DNA of 64,000 nt from Coleofasciculaceae cyanobacterium (GCA_036703295.1 DATNPJ010000015.1:15994-79993); one strand, 5' to 3'. Counted from the first letter of the stretch, positions 39,034 through 48,817 are shown. Notes: generated by a model from the sequence alone, not told the origin. Translations and numbers: made by a program.

Positions 39034-40230
39034 ATGCTTCAAGCGGGCATCAGCACTAACTATTGGCCAGGCAACCGCGCCCAGTTTTCAGGGGCCGTCA
39101 AGCGCCGTCCGGCCCATATCCGCTCGGTCTTCGACGGTAAAACTCATTTCGGCGGGCAGACTCTCCAGCAGGATACGCTGTGTTTTGGCTCCGTCCGGAA
39201 AACAAAGGAATCGGAGGCGGCACAGGAAGCAAAACTCAGGCAGACGTTGTCCAACGAGCTTGCTCTCCAAGTGCGCGAATTGAGTTTGAAGCCACAGGAG
39301 CGCTTAATACTCGACCGGATTATCAAGAACCTGCAAGATCCGTCCGGGGAAAGCGAGTCTTTGGACATGACTCCTGAAAAGCTGACGTCTACATTGGTGA
39401 GTATCCTGAACAAGCATAATCCCGTTACGGCGGAGCACTCCAAGCGGGTTAGCTCCTTTGCTGTTGCAATCGGACGCAGGATGGGGCTGCCGAAGGAGAA
39501 GTTGCACATCCTGGCCATTGCCGGTGCGCTCCACGATATCGGCAAGATGGGAATCTGCAACGATTATCTGGATGCGCCTGGGAATTTGACCAAACAGCAA
39601 AAGGAAGATGTCGAAAATCATTCGGCGTTCGGCTCAATGATCCTGCGTGCTTTAGGCTTTATGCATAATGAGAAGCTGAAGCCAATCGGCGCGGTTGTTC
39701 GGGCACACCATGAGAGATGGGACGGGGGGGGCTTTCCGGACCATTTAAGCGGTAACGCGATTCCCCTATTGGCCCGGATCGTGACCGTCGCGGACGTGAT
39801 GGATGCGTTACTGGGTGTCCGGTCCTACAAAAAGCGGGTTTCTTTTCCTCTATTCCTAAAGTTGATGGAACATGGTCGAGAAGGCGAGTTCAGTCCCGAG
39901 GTGCTGGATCAGTTCTACCAGTTACCGGTTAAAAAGTTGCTCCGGGTCATGAGTAGGGATCCCATTCACATCCATAAGGGTACGCGGGAGATCGAACGGG
40001 TACTGACCCCGATTCCTGAAAACATGACACTGCAAGAGTTCAGCGACCTTTACAATATACCGGATATTCTCAGGAATGCCAGTGAAAACAAACTCATAGA
40101 GGCTTTTAACACCGCTTATAATTTTGCCCCGGTCACGGATAAGGATCCCCACGAATTGGGCCTCCCGGCGGGGCCTCCGCACCTTACCAATCAAGGGGAC
40201 TTCCGGCCGCTTCGCCCTGTTTACGCCTGA
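39034..40230 (+). CDS. HD-GYP domain protein (c-di-GMP phosphodiesterase family); N-terminal start uncertain
   Basis: LHDIGKMGI...HHERWDGGGFP. The N-terminal region is partly coiled-coil. Confidence 0.75.
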   Translation: MLQAGISTNYWPGNRAQFSGAVKRRPAHIRSVFDGKTHFGGQTLQQDTLCFGSVRKTKESEAAQEAKLRQTLSNELALQVRELSLKPQERLILDRIIKNLQDPSGESESLDMTPEKLTSTLVSILNKHNPVTAEHSKRVSSFAVAIGRRMGLPKEKLHILAIAGALHDIGKMGICNDYLDAPGNLTKQQKEDVENHSAFGSMILRALGFMHNEKLKPIGAVVRAHHERWDGGGFPDHLSGNAIPLLARIVTVADVMDALLGVRSYKKRVSFPLFLKLMEHGREGEFSPEVLDQFYQLPVKKLLRVMSRDPIHIHKGTREIERVLTPIPENMTLQEFSDLYNIPDILRNASENKLIEAFNTAYNFAPVTDKDPHELGLPAGPPHLTNQGDFRPLRPVYA

Positions 40231-40348
40231 ACAGGGCCGCCACGTCCGCGAATGCATCAATAGGCAATTTCCGCCCATTGAATGTTTTTATTTACCTTAT
40301 AGTCCTTTCTAGCCCCAGAGAGCATGTGCGTATACAAAGGAGAGAGCA

Positions 40349-41203
40349 ATGGCGATTGGCGCCAATCCTCTAGCGTCTATGCCTTATCAGGCAAGTCCCC
40401 TGCCGGGGATACAATCAGGCGCGGCCATGCCGCCGATGGTAGCGAGTGCGTTAGGCATGCCTCAAACGGGAGGCGTGTTTCAAGGTTTGGGTGGTGCCCC
40501 GGTCGCGGGCGGATTCCCGATGGCAAGCGCAAGCCCGTTTGGAGTGATAGGCCAACCAGTGGTAAGCCAGCCGCTGATGGGTCAACCCTTGATGGGCCAG
40601 CCGGTCATGGTGGATAACAACACCGCCGCTCTGCTGGGAATGTTTCAGATGATGCAACAGATGATCGGCGCTATGATGGGAACCCTGTTGCAGGGCGCCG
40701 TGCAGCAGAATGCCAATCCCGCTCTTGGGCAGCCTCCCACGACCGGAATTCCGCAGATGCCTGTTGCCGCACCCATTAACACGACCGTTTCGGCGCCTGT
40801 CGTTGCCAGCACACCGGTCCAGGCCGTTGGAGGCTCCAATGGATACGAGCAAGCCGTGTTGGCAGAGGTGAATAATTTCCGGGCCCAAAACGGCTTACCA
40901 CCGGTTCAGTTGAACCAGACGCTCAACAAAGTCGCCCAAAGCCATTCCGATTTCCAGGCCGCTACCGGCAAAATGAGCCACGAGGGAGCAGGTGGTTCCC
41001 AGGTTTCGGATCGGGTGAGCGCCGCCGGGTACCGCTGGCGCTCAGTGAATGAAAACGTGGCCTGGAATCAGCAGACGCCGCAAGAAGTCGTACAGGCCTG
41101 GATTAACAGCCCCGGCCATCGGGCCAACCTGCTCAGCCCCAGCGTGAAGGAAGTCGGCATTGGGGAGAACAACAAGTACTGGACCCTGAATATGGCGGGT
41201 TAG
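40349..41203 (+). CDS. CAP/SCP/PR-1 superfamily protein with an M/Q/P/G-rich low-complexity N-terminal region
   Basis: C-terminal CAP domain (GYEQAVLAEVNNFRAQNGLPP...AWINSPGHRANLLSP...VGIG). SD AAGGAGAG. Confidence 0.8.
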   Translation: MAIGANPLASMPYQASPLPGIQSGAAMPPMVASALGMPQTGGVFQGLGGAPVAGGFPMASASPFGVIGQPVVSQPLMGQPLMGQPVMVDNNTAALLGMFQMMQQMIGAMMGTLLQGAVQQNANPALGQPPTTGIPQMPVAAPINTTVSAPVVASTPVQAVGGSNGYEQAVLAEVNNFRAQNGLPPVQLNQTLNKVAQSHSDFQAATGKMSHEGAGGSQVSDRVSAAGYRWRSVNENVAWNQQTPQEVVQAWINSPGHRANLLSPSVKEVGIGENNKYWTLNMAG

Positions 41204-41247
41204 GGTGCGCTGACGATTTGCGTCGAAGGCGTTGCTTGGGTTAAGGA

Positions 41248-42201
41248 CTATACCGAAGCCATGGCCGCTTCCTGGGCTTCCAGGAACTTCTCGGCATCCA
41301 TGGCGGCCATGCATCCGGAGCCGGCTGCGGTAATGGCCTGACGGTAGTGGTGATCGATGACGTCGCCGCAGGCGAACACGCCTTCCACGTTGGTCAGCGG
41401 CGTGCCCGGCTGCGCTTTAATGTAACCGTTGGGATGCAATTCCAGCTTACCTGCGAAGATTTCCGTGTTGGGCTTGTGTCCGATGGCCACAAACACCCCC
41501 TGGGTAGGCGCTTCGCTGGTCTGGCCGGTTTTCAGGTTTTTCAATTTCACCGAAGTCACGCCGGTTTCCTTGGTGCCAATAATGTCCTCAATGGCGGAAT
41601 CCCAAATGAACTCGATCTTGGGATTTTTGAAGGCGCGTTCCTGCATAATTTTGCTGGCCCGCAACGTGTCGCGGCGATGGACCACCGTGACCTTGCTGCA
41701 AAACCGGGTGAGGAAGTTGGCTTCTTCCATGGCGGTATCTCCGCCGCCCACCACCATAACCTCTTTACCCCGGAAGAAAGCCCCGTCGCAGGTGGCGCAG
41801 GAGGAAACCCCATGCCCCATCAGGCGCTGCTCGGACTCCAGTCCGATCCACTTGGCGGAGGCCCCGGTGGCGACAATCAAGGTATCAGCGGTGTAGGTGG
41901 CTTCATCAGCGACAATCTGGAAGGGACGCTTGGAAAGATCCACCTCGTTCACGGTGTCGTAAACCACTTTGGTGCCGAAGCGTTCGGCCTGGGCCTGGAA
42001 TTTTTCCATGAGTTCCGGTCCCATAATCCCTTCCGGGAAGCCGGGAAAGTTCTCGACATCCGTGGTGATGGTTAATTGTCCGCCCGGCTGCGTCCCCTGG
42101 AGCACCAGCGGGGACAAATTCGCCCGCGCCGCATAGATGGCTGCGGTCCACCCGGCGGGACCCGATCCGATGATGACGACTTTGTAGTGATTGTCAGCCA
42201 T
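41248..42201 (-). CDS. trxB: Thioredoxin-disulfide reductase (ORF is open to 42438; probable start is MADNHYK at 42201 with SD AAGGAG)
   Basis: [13 protein letters not shown] motif, CATC redox centre and [15 protein letters not shown] motif. Confidence 0.9.
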   Translation of the reverse strand: MADNHYKVVIIGSGPAGWTAAIYAARANLSPLVLQGTQPGGQLTITTDVENFPGFPEGIMGPELMEKFQAQAERFGTKVVYDTVNEVDLSKRPFQIVADEATYTADTLIVATGASAKWIGLESEQRLMGHGVSSCATCDGAFFRGKEVMVVGGGDTAMEEANFLTRFCSKVTVVHRRDTLRASKIMQERAFKNPKIEFIWDSAIEDIIGTKETGVTSVKLKNLKTGQTSEAPTQGVFVAIGHKPNTEIFAGKLELHPNGYIKAQPGTPLTNVEGVFACGDVIDHHYRQAITAAGSGCMAAMDAEKFLEAQEAAMASV

Positions 42202-42606
42202 TGCCATGCTCCTTATGAATGGACGTTTGCACGGATTGGATTGTACCACAAGGCTTTGCGCCTTTCCTCCAGTTGACTCGACCGGCGGTCGGCATGAGCT
42301 TTGGGAGGGAAAACCGGCGCAACCAAAGGACCGGTTTGCCGCCATCATGCCGGTTGTTTTGGGCGGATCCCCCCGGAATGCCCGTCTTGCACAAACCCCA
42401 TAAACAGAGGATGAAGCGCGGGGCAGAATGACACACACTTCTATTAAGAAGCATTACCACTCGTTAAGATCTGTTACCGACTCGTTTAGACTCTCCCGCA
42501 GGTTGGCATTATACAAGTGTGAGGCGAAACACCCGGTACGGAGAGCGCCTAACGGTGGTAAATCTTTCAAACAGTGTCGTTTCTGTTGATTGGCAAACAT
42601 AATAGG

Positions 42607-42858
42607 AGATAGAGACAAATGAAAAAATTCATGACTAAAAAACAAAAAGGTCAGGGCGTTATTGAGTACGCTGGCGCGCTCGTTATTGCAGCCGTTTTGG
42701 TTGCCGCCGTGCTGGCGGTTGGCCCCAGTGGGATTTCAACCCTCTTTAACGACATTCTGAACGCAGTGCAGTCCTACTTTACCGGTCAGCTGCCTGCCTA
42801 ATCGCTATCCAATTCTCGCGGGAGCAAGGTCCTCCATCTCTAAGGGGACCTTGCTCCC
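42607..42858 (+). repeat. Direct repeat unit 1 (about 250 bp): flp gene plus 3' stem-loop; near-identical to 44394..44645
   Basis: Aligned by eye. Only three substitutions within the coding part, all synonymous. Identical 13-bp stem arms (GGGAGCAAGGTCC/GGACCTTGCTCCC) with a divergent loop. Confidence 0.85.
42619..42801 (+). CDS. flp: Flp/Fap-family type IVb pilin (60 aa), copy 1
   Basis: MKKFMTKKQKGQGVIEYAGALVIAAVLVAAVLAV carries the Flp prepilin motif (G/GxxxEY then a hydrophobic helix). SD AGGAGA. Confidence 0.85.
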   Translation: MKKFMTKKQKGQGVIEYAGALVIAAVLVAAVLAVGPSGISTLFNDILNAVQSYFTGQLPA

Positions 42859-42883
42859 AAAACCCATTTAGTGAGGGTAACTG

Positions 42884-43390
42884 TTGAGGTGTGCCGTGAG
42901 CAGAGTGTTCTCGACAACACGAATCAAAATCCATCGCAAAGCGGCCAAGGGCCAAGCCGTGATCGAGAGTATCGCCAGTATCATCCTGTTTACCATGATG
43001 CTGGGCCTGGTGATGGCCATTACTGTTTATCTGTATTTCCAGCAGGCCATGGTGACTGCCGCCCGCGAAGGTGCGCGCCAGGCTGCGCTGAACGCCGACA
43101 TTGGCTCAGCCGGATCGGAAGGGACCGGAATCAGCACGGTTCAAAACTATGTGCTAAACCAGATTCAGCAAACCACGGGCCAAACCCTGGCCGCTGCGGA
43201 TATCACGGTCACGCCGCCGTCGGCATCCGCCGATCAGACGCCCGGCAACCGCACAGTGAATGTGCAGATTACCTGGAACATGACCAACCCGGTGGGTGTT
43301 GGCAACTTTGTAGACGCCCTGGGCGGGAATGGTGCTCCTTTCCGGACCATCCCGGTCTCCGCCACCGCGACCATGCGATACGAAGAATAA
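42884..43390 (+). CDS. tadE: TadE/TadG-like pseudopilin (Flp pilus assembly protein, TadE-like N-terminal helix)
   Basis: N-terminal RKAAKGQAVIESIASIILFTMMLGLVMAI carries the TadE signature (GQ.xxE, hydrophobic helix). Followed by a strong terminator. Confidence 0.7.
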   Translation: MRCAVSRVFSTTRIKIHRKAAKGQAVIESIASIILFTMMLGLVMAITVYLYFQQAMVTAAREGARQAALNADIGSAGSEGTGISTVQNYVLNQIQQTTGQTLAAADITVTPPSASADQTPGNRTVNVQITWNMTNPVGVGNFVDALGGNGAPFRTIPVSATATMRYEE

Positions 43391-43438
43391 CCCTTTAACC
43401 CGTGAGTGTGTGTAGGAAAAGAAGCTAAACCTCACAGA

Positions 43439-43476
43439 ATAGCCGCTCGAACATTCGAGCGGCTATTTGCTTGTTA
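43439..43476 (+). terminator. Rho-independent terminator (ATAGCCGCTCGAA-cat-TTCGAGCGGCTAT then TTGCTTGTT)
   Basis: Perfect 13-bp palindrome plus T-rich tail after tadE. Confidence 0.7.
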
Positions 43477-43768
43477 TAGACAGTCCTCCAGAGGACTGGA
43501 AGCGCAAACGGGGAATCGTTTTAAGATAGGCTGGACTGTTCAGCCTCAGGGACTCCACTGATTTGGCGTGTGCTTTCGCCCCTTTTTACCTTTGAACAAT
43601 ACCGAAACCGTATCCAGGCAGCCAAAAACCCATTCCTGTTACCACATATTACGTATATCAAAAAGTAAACGCAATTTCGAACCTTCAGTAGTTTTTATAA
43701 ACATACAGACTGCCTGAAACAGCAAACATCATGTGGACTGAAATGATAGGGAAGCAGGAGGAAGTGGT

Positions 43769-44083
43769 ATGGCAGGTTCGATTAACGGTAATTTTTGTGG
43801 TTCCGCACACGAAAATGCGGGCTATTTAAAGGGACAGCAAGTGCAATACAAGCCGGAGGCTCGGAGTGGGTTTGAATCCCTCTTAGGTCAGGCCGGGGCA
43901 CGTTATAACGAAGATATGACCCGACTCGACAAACTCCCAAAAGGAGAACAGTTGACGGTTTTGGAAGATGTCGCTGGCCCGGAAGACTCTTTGTTCCCCG
44001 CACGCACGCTAATGGTTCAAGATTCGGATTTTCATGGGTACACCATTCCGGCTTGCGTGGCGGACATCGCAAAGCAAAAATAA
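43769..44083 (+). CDS. Hypothetical soluble protein (104 aa) embedded in the Tad locus
   Basis: Strong SD (AGGAGG sits 7 nt upstream of the ATG). No hydrophobic segment and no recognisable motif. Confidence 0.5.
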   Translation: MAGSINGNFCGSAHENAGYLKGQQVQYKPEARSGFESLLGQAGARYNEDMTRLDKLPKGEQLTVLEDVAGPEDSLFPARTLMVQDSDFHGYTIPACVADIAKQK

Positions 44084-44393
44084 AGAATCCGGTGCTGGCT
44101 GCGAATGCCCGTAACGGCTTGGCTATTGCCGGTTGCCGGATTGCATTGAGTCCATATTGGCCCTCGCCCAACGGCGGGGGCTTTTGGCCTGGCGAATGAC
44201 GTCAGTGCCTGTGACTCAAACACGGGAACGTGGGCTCGGCAGGATGGCCCAAAACGCGGTCATGCCGTCCTCTTTTTGGTGGATTGTTAAAAAATCGATG
44301 CAATGTGTTTAAAGACATGTGGATATCGGCATTATATAGCTACGAGGCTGAATTATGAGAGGCTGAGTGGTAACAACGTGGGAATCCACAAGG

Positions 44394-44645
44394 AGCATAG
44401 AGACTATGAAAAAATTCATGACTAAAAAACAAAAAGGTCAGGGCGTTATTGAGTACGCTGGCGCGCTCGTTATTGCAGCCGTCTTGGTTGCCGCCGTGCT
44501 GGCGGTTGGCCCCAGTGGAATTTCAACCCTCTTTAACGACATTCTGAACGCAGTGCAGTCCTACTTTACCGGTCAACTGCCTGCCTAATCGCTATCCAAT
44601 TCTCGCGGGAGCAAGGTCCAACACTTCAAAGGGGACCTTGCTCCC
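44394..44645 (+). repeat. Direct repeat unit 2 (flp plus 3' stem-loop)
   Basis: See unit 1. Confidence 0.85.
44406..44588 (+). CDS. flp: Flp/Fap-family type IVb pilin, copy 2 (protein identical to copy 1)
   Basis: Same 60-aa product. SD AAGGAG. The same 3' hairpin follows. Confidence 0.85.
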   Translation: MKKFMTKKQKGQGVIEYAGALVIAAVLVAAVLAVGPSGISTLFNDILNAVQSYFTGQLPA

Positions 44646-44867
44646 TTATTCCACCATATCAAGTCGTCAAATCCATTAAACCATCCATTTTTTTACCATT
44701 TTTTCCGATTCCAAGCTCATCCTTTCTGCGCTAGTGAGGATGATTGCCAATAAGAATAATCTGACCGGAGGATCTGCTTTGGGGATAGATCCCGCATAAA
44801 TAGAGAGAAGCCATTCCATCTCCGTAGCCAATACTGAGCAGCCGAGAGATCCTGAGAGGAAGTTGAC

Positions 44868-45899
44868 ATGCCGTTTCGGAACCTACCGATCAAGACAGGG
44901 CACCTGTTTTTGGGCCTTGCCGTGGTCATGTTTATAGTCACCGTCATGATTTTCAGTGGCGGTAAGAAAGAGACTCCCAAGGTCGTTGCCAAGATTCCGA
45001 CCCAGGAAGTGGTCGTCCCCCTGGTGCCGATTAGCGAAGGGAAGACGCTTTCCATCAGTGATATTACTTCGGTGAAATGGCCAAGCGAATTTTTACCGAA
45101 AGGCGCCACGTTTGAAGAAACTTCTGATGTGGTTGGTCGGGTTGCCAAGCAGGATCTGTTTCCCGGAGAACCGATTTTCGCGGAGAAAGTTTCCGGCAGT
45201 GATACCAACGGCGGTTTACCGGCCATCATCCCCAAAGGGATGCGGGCGGTTTCCGTGGCCGTGACCGAGGTCAAGGGCGTCGCTGGTTTCGTGAAGCCCG
45301 GTGATCGCGTGGATGTACTGACCACATTTGAAATCGACCAGGAAGGCGGCGGCCAACCCGAGCGCAAAACCCGCACCGTTCTCCAGAACGTGCTGGTGCT
45401 GGCGTCCGCCCAGACGATGGTCAATGATAACAAGTACACGATGGAAACCCCCGACGGCGTCACCCGTGGCGAAGCCGAGGTGAAATCCGTCGAGGAAAAA
45501 GATAAAGACAAGAATAAAAAGGCCGATAAGCCCAAGAGTGAAGGTGACCTGGATAAAGAGCGCAAGCAACGCGAAAAAGAAAAGAAAGATGCCGAAAAGG
45601 CAGCTCGACTGGTCTCTTCCGTGACAATGGCCCTGACTCCGGAACAGAGCGAAGCCTTGGCCCTGGCCGAGGAAACCGGCGATATCCGCCTGGCGCTGCG
45701 CCCGGAAACCGATCACGCCATTGCCGAGGTGAACGGGATCAGCTTCAACACGCTAATCGGCAGGGAAGAACGGAAGCCGGTGATTCGGGTTTCCGGCTCC
45801 ATGCCTCGTCCTCCGAAAATTCCGGCACCCGCCCCGATGATGGGAAGACAGGTTGAATTCATCCAGGGCACCGAAAAATCCACGCTGCAACTCCAGTAG
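44868..45899 (+). CDS. cpaB: Flp pilus assembly protein CpaB/RcpC (SAF-domain) with a K/E-rich C-terminal extension
   Basis: N-terminal TM plus SAF/CpaB region (VVVPLVPISEGKTLSISDI...). SD GAGAGGAAG. Confidence 0.8.
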   Translation: MPFRNLPIKTGHLFLGLAVVMFIVTVMIFSGGKKETPKVVAKIPTQEVVVPLVPISEGKTLSISDITSVKWPSEFLPKGATFEETSDVVGRVAKQDLFPGEPIFAEKVSGSDTNGGLPAIIPKGMRAVSVAVTEVKGVAGFVKPGDRVDVLTTFEIDQEGGGQPERKTRTVLQNVLVLASAQTMVNDNKYTMETPDGVTRGEAEVKSVEEKDKDKNKKADKPKSEGDLDKERKQREKEKKDAEKAARLVSSVTMALTPEQSEALALAEETGDIRLALRPETDHAIAEVNGISFNTLIGREERKPVIRVSGSMPRPPKIPAPAPMMGRQVEFIQGTEKSTLQLQ

Positions 45900-46065
45900 G
45901 CAGCAAAATCTCCTGAGTCCGAGAGAACAATGATATTTAAGACGCACAAAACGCATGAGGATAAAGCCAGCCCCAGGGCAGGGCAGGGCTGACCGCCCGA
46001 TACACATCGCGGAACGGTTCATCTGACAGCCTTCAACACAAGAGAGACGGTGAGGAGTGAAACGC

Positions 46066-48669
46066 ATGAAACTGAAACAGACGGCAGCCATGGGTCTGAG
46101 TACGCTGATTTTCAGCAGTAACATCCTGCTGCCTTACGCCACGGCAACCACCATGGCCTTGAACAGCCAGACCTTCAGCGAGCCGGAATTGTTGCAGCAA
46201 CTGACGTCCATGCAAGACCACTCCAAGATGCTGGCCTCGGCAGACGTGGCTGGAAATTCGCTGGAGCAGAAAGCCGAAAACTATGACGACCAGCAGATCC
46301 TGCACCCGGCAAACAAGCCGCAGAAACACCATCTGCTGCACTGGCTGAATCCGCTGACCTATTTGTTCGGGCAGAACAACGCCAAGCATGACATGCCGGC
46401 CCGGACCGCCAAATCGGTGCCTGCTCAGAAGCTGGCCATACCGTTGGATCCGGGTTACGAGATCAATGAAGCCATTGCCAATGAGCCTGCTTCGGAAACT
46501 GCCAAGCAAGAGCCGCAGGCCACATCCGCTCCTGCCGAAACCATGAAAGAAACCCATCCTGCAGCCGACACCACCCCGGCCGTCGCACCCCGGAAAGAAA
46601 CCTATACCCAGATCAATTTGCCGGCGGCTCCTAAACAAGAGGAACCCCAGCAGCCCCAGCGTCCGGCGGTTGCGGCAAGCTCCACGCAGCCCGTAAAAGT
46701 CGCTCCGGCCAAAAAGGCCATGGCGCATCCCGCCAACATCGAGGAAACCTTCCAGATGCTGGCCGCCACCCCGCTGGAGAAGTTGGCCGCGAACGCCAAA
46801 AGCATGTTCTACAATCCTTCGCTGGATAACAGCTCTCCGAACGTAACCCTGCGATCGGGTGGCAACATGGCCGTGCTGAAATCCGGCATCAGCCAGAAAG
46901 TCACCCAGGTGGATCTGACCATCGGTAAAGCCGAGGTCATTTACCTCAGCCGTCCCGCCGCGCGTGTGGCCGTCAGCAACCCGGACATCGCCTCGGCGGT
47001 GGTCATCAGCCCCACCCAGATCCAGCTGGTGGGCAAGGGCGTAGGCGTCGCAAACCTGCTGGTCTGGGGAGACATGGTATCGCCGGATCACACTGTGGTG
47101 GATGTCAGCGTACACCGGGATGTCTCCGTGCTGAGCAATCAGCTGAAGTACGTGGATGCAGGCATCCAGGTGATTCCGATGGCCGCGGAAGATACCGTGA
47201 TTCTCACCGGAGAGGCCGCCACGCGGGAATCCGCTCAGCTGGCCATCGAGATGGCGAAAGCCTTTTTCTCCAAAAACGGTGGTTCGCCCGGCGCAGCCGC
47301 CAATGCGGGACCGAACTCCCAGGCGCCCGGTTCCGCCCTGCCCGGCATGTCCTCCAACATCATCAACCTGATCAAAGTGAAGAATGAACCCTCCACCAAG
47401 GTTGAGCTGGTGCGTCAGAAACTGCACGGGATTGACCCCAACATCACTATCGATGTGGTGCCCGGACCGGAAGGCACTGAAAAAGTCATTCTGACCGGCC
47501 GCGTCGCCACAGCCAGCATCGCCTCCAAAGCGTTGAACATGGCCAGCGTGTTCTACGGCCAGCCCGGAATGAAGATGATCACCGCGCAAGGCGGCAACGA
47601 GCCTTCCCGTCTCCAGGCCAGCGCCTCATCTTCCTCCAGCGGCAGTTCCAACGCGACGAGCACCCCGACCAACGCGAGCGCCAACATGCTGCAAGGTTCG
47701 GTCATGACCGACGCGACCGGCAACGTTATCAGTATGCTGGAGATTGCCCAGAAACCCCAGATCCGTTGCAGCATCAAAATCCTGGAAGTGAACAAGAACA
47801 AGCTGAACTCGCTGGGAGGCACCCTGAACGCCGTAAGAGGATCAAGCAAAATCGCTTCTCTCAGCGGTTCCCAAGCGCCAGCTCCCGGCAGAGCCATTTC
47901 GCAGGTAATGGATACTGTAACCGTCGGAGGCTATGATGGTAATCCCGGCGCAGTCTGGGGCGACGCGTCAACCCGAGGCTCTACCGGAACCTCAGGCTGG
48001 ACTCCAACCGCACAAGGGTTCGCCCAGGGTTTCGGAAATCGATACCTGAATGGCGTCACCCAGGTGTTTTCCCTGGACAACAAGGTGGCGGGCGCTATCC
48101 AGGCCCTCCAGGAAAAAAGCCTGAGCCGAACACTGGCGGAACCAACCCTGACCATGATGAGCGGCGAGCAGGGTAGCTTCCTGGCCGGCGGTGAGATACC
48201 GGTCGCCTTCCTGGGCGGAAACGGCCAGATCAGCGTCGAATACAAGGAGTATGGGATCCGTCTGAACCTGCTGCCTAACGTAACCGACGATGGAAAAATC
48301 CAGATGCAGGTAGCGCCTGAAATCAGCACATTGGATCGTTCCGTGACGGTTCAGGGTGTTCCAGGGCTGCTAACCCGCAAAATGAGCACCAACCTCATCC
48401 TGGAGCCGGGGCAGAGCTTCGTGCTGGCTGGCATCTTCAAGCAGGAAGATGCCGAGTCCGCCAGTGGCTTCCCAGGCATTGGCAAGCTGCCGATCATCGG
48501 ATCCTTCTTCCGCAACAAATGGAAGACTGGCGCTAATACCGAAATGATCGTTCTGGTAAAACCGGAGATTATCCCCTCCACCACCGGCTCAACCGGGATG
48601 GCGGCACAGCCTCCGGCGGCGGAGAAACCGGTGACCCAGATCTCCCGGATTTATGAATCTGAAAAATAA
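46066..48669 (+). CDS. cpaC: Flp pilus secretin CpaC/RcpA, enlarged (about 868 aa) by an N-terminal Pro/Ala/Thr/Gln-rich linker
   Basis: Signal peptide. Secretin-N/BON-like domains (IQLVGKGVGVANLLVWGD...). C-terminal secretin domain (LAEPTLTMMSGEQGSFLAGGEIPV...LILEPGQSFVLAGIF). Confidence 0.85.
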   Translation: MKLKQTAAMGLSTLIFSSNILLPYATATTMALNSQTFSEPELLQQLTSMQDHSKMLASADVAGNSLEQKAENYDDQQILHPANKPQKHHLLHWLNPLTYLFGQNNAKHDMPARTAKSVPAQKLAIPLDPGYEINEAIANEPASETAKQEPQATSAPAETMKETHPAADTTPAVAPRKETYTQINLPAAPKQEEPQQPQRPAVAASSTQPVKVAPAKKAMAHPANIEETFQMLAATPLEKLAANAKSMFYNPSLDNSSPNVTLRSGGNMAVLKSGISQKVTQVDLTIGKAEVIYLSRPAARVAVSNPDIASAVVISPTQIQLVGKGVGVANLLVWGDMVSPDHTVVDVSVHRDVSVLSNQLKYVDAGIQVIPMAAEDTVILTGEAATRESAQLAIEMAKAFFSKNGGSPGAAANAGPNSQAPGSALPGMSSNIINLIKVKNEPSTKVELVRQKLHGIDPNITIDVVPGPEGTEKVILTGRVATASIASKALNMASVFYGQPGMKMITAQGGNEPSRLQASASSSSSGSSNATSTPTNASANMLQGSVMTDATGNVISMLEIAQKPQIRCSIKILEVNKNKLNSLGGTLNAVRGSSKIASLSGSQAPAPGRAISQVMDTVTVGGYDGNPGAVWGDASTRGSTGTSGWTPTAQGFAQGFGNRYLNGVTQVFSLDNKVAGAIQALQEKSLSRTLAEPTLTMMSGEQGSFLAGGEIPVAFLGGNGQISVEYKEYGIRLNLLPNVTDDGKIQMQVAPEISTLDRSVTVQGVPGLLTRKMSTNLILEPGQSFVLAGIFKQEDAESASGFPGIGKLPIIGSFFRNKWKTGANTEMIVLVKPEIIPSTTGSTGMAAQPPAAEKPVTQISRIYESEK

Positions 48670-48817
48670 TTTCGAAAAAAAATCAAGAAATCCAGAAACT
48701 AACCGATAACCAGAGTGCCCCCCTTTGGGGGCACCCTGCTCGGTCAGACAGATCCCCTCCGCTCGAACCGAGAAGAAGAGTAGACGAACCCCTCATAACG
48801 AATGAGCCTTTTACCGA

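Noticed and set aside
41347-42075. 242-aa plus-strand ORF inside trxB
   Set aside because: Antisense shadow ORF.
46033-47589. 518-aa minus-strand ORF inside cpaC, and a 266-aa minus-strand ORF at 49571..50371 across cpaE and cpaF
   Set aside because: They are antisense to Tad genes that have clear motifs. Composition is Gly/Arg/His-rich.
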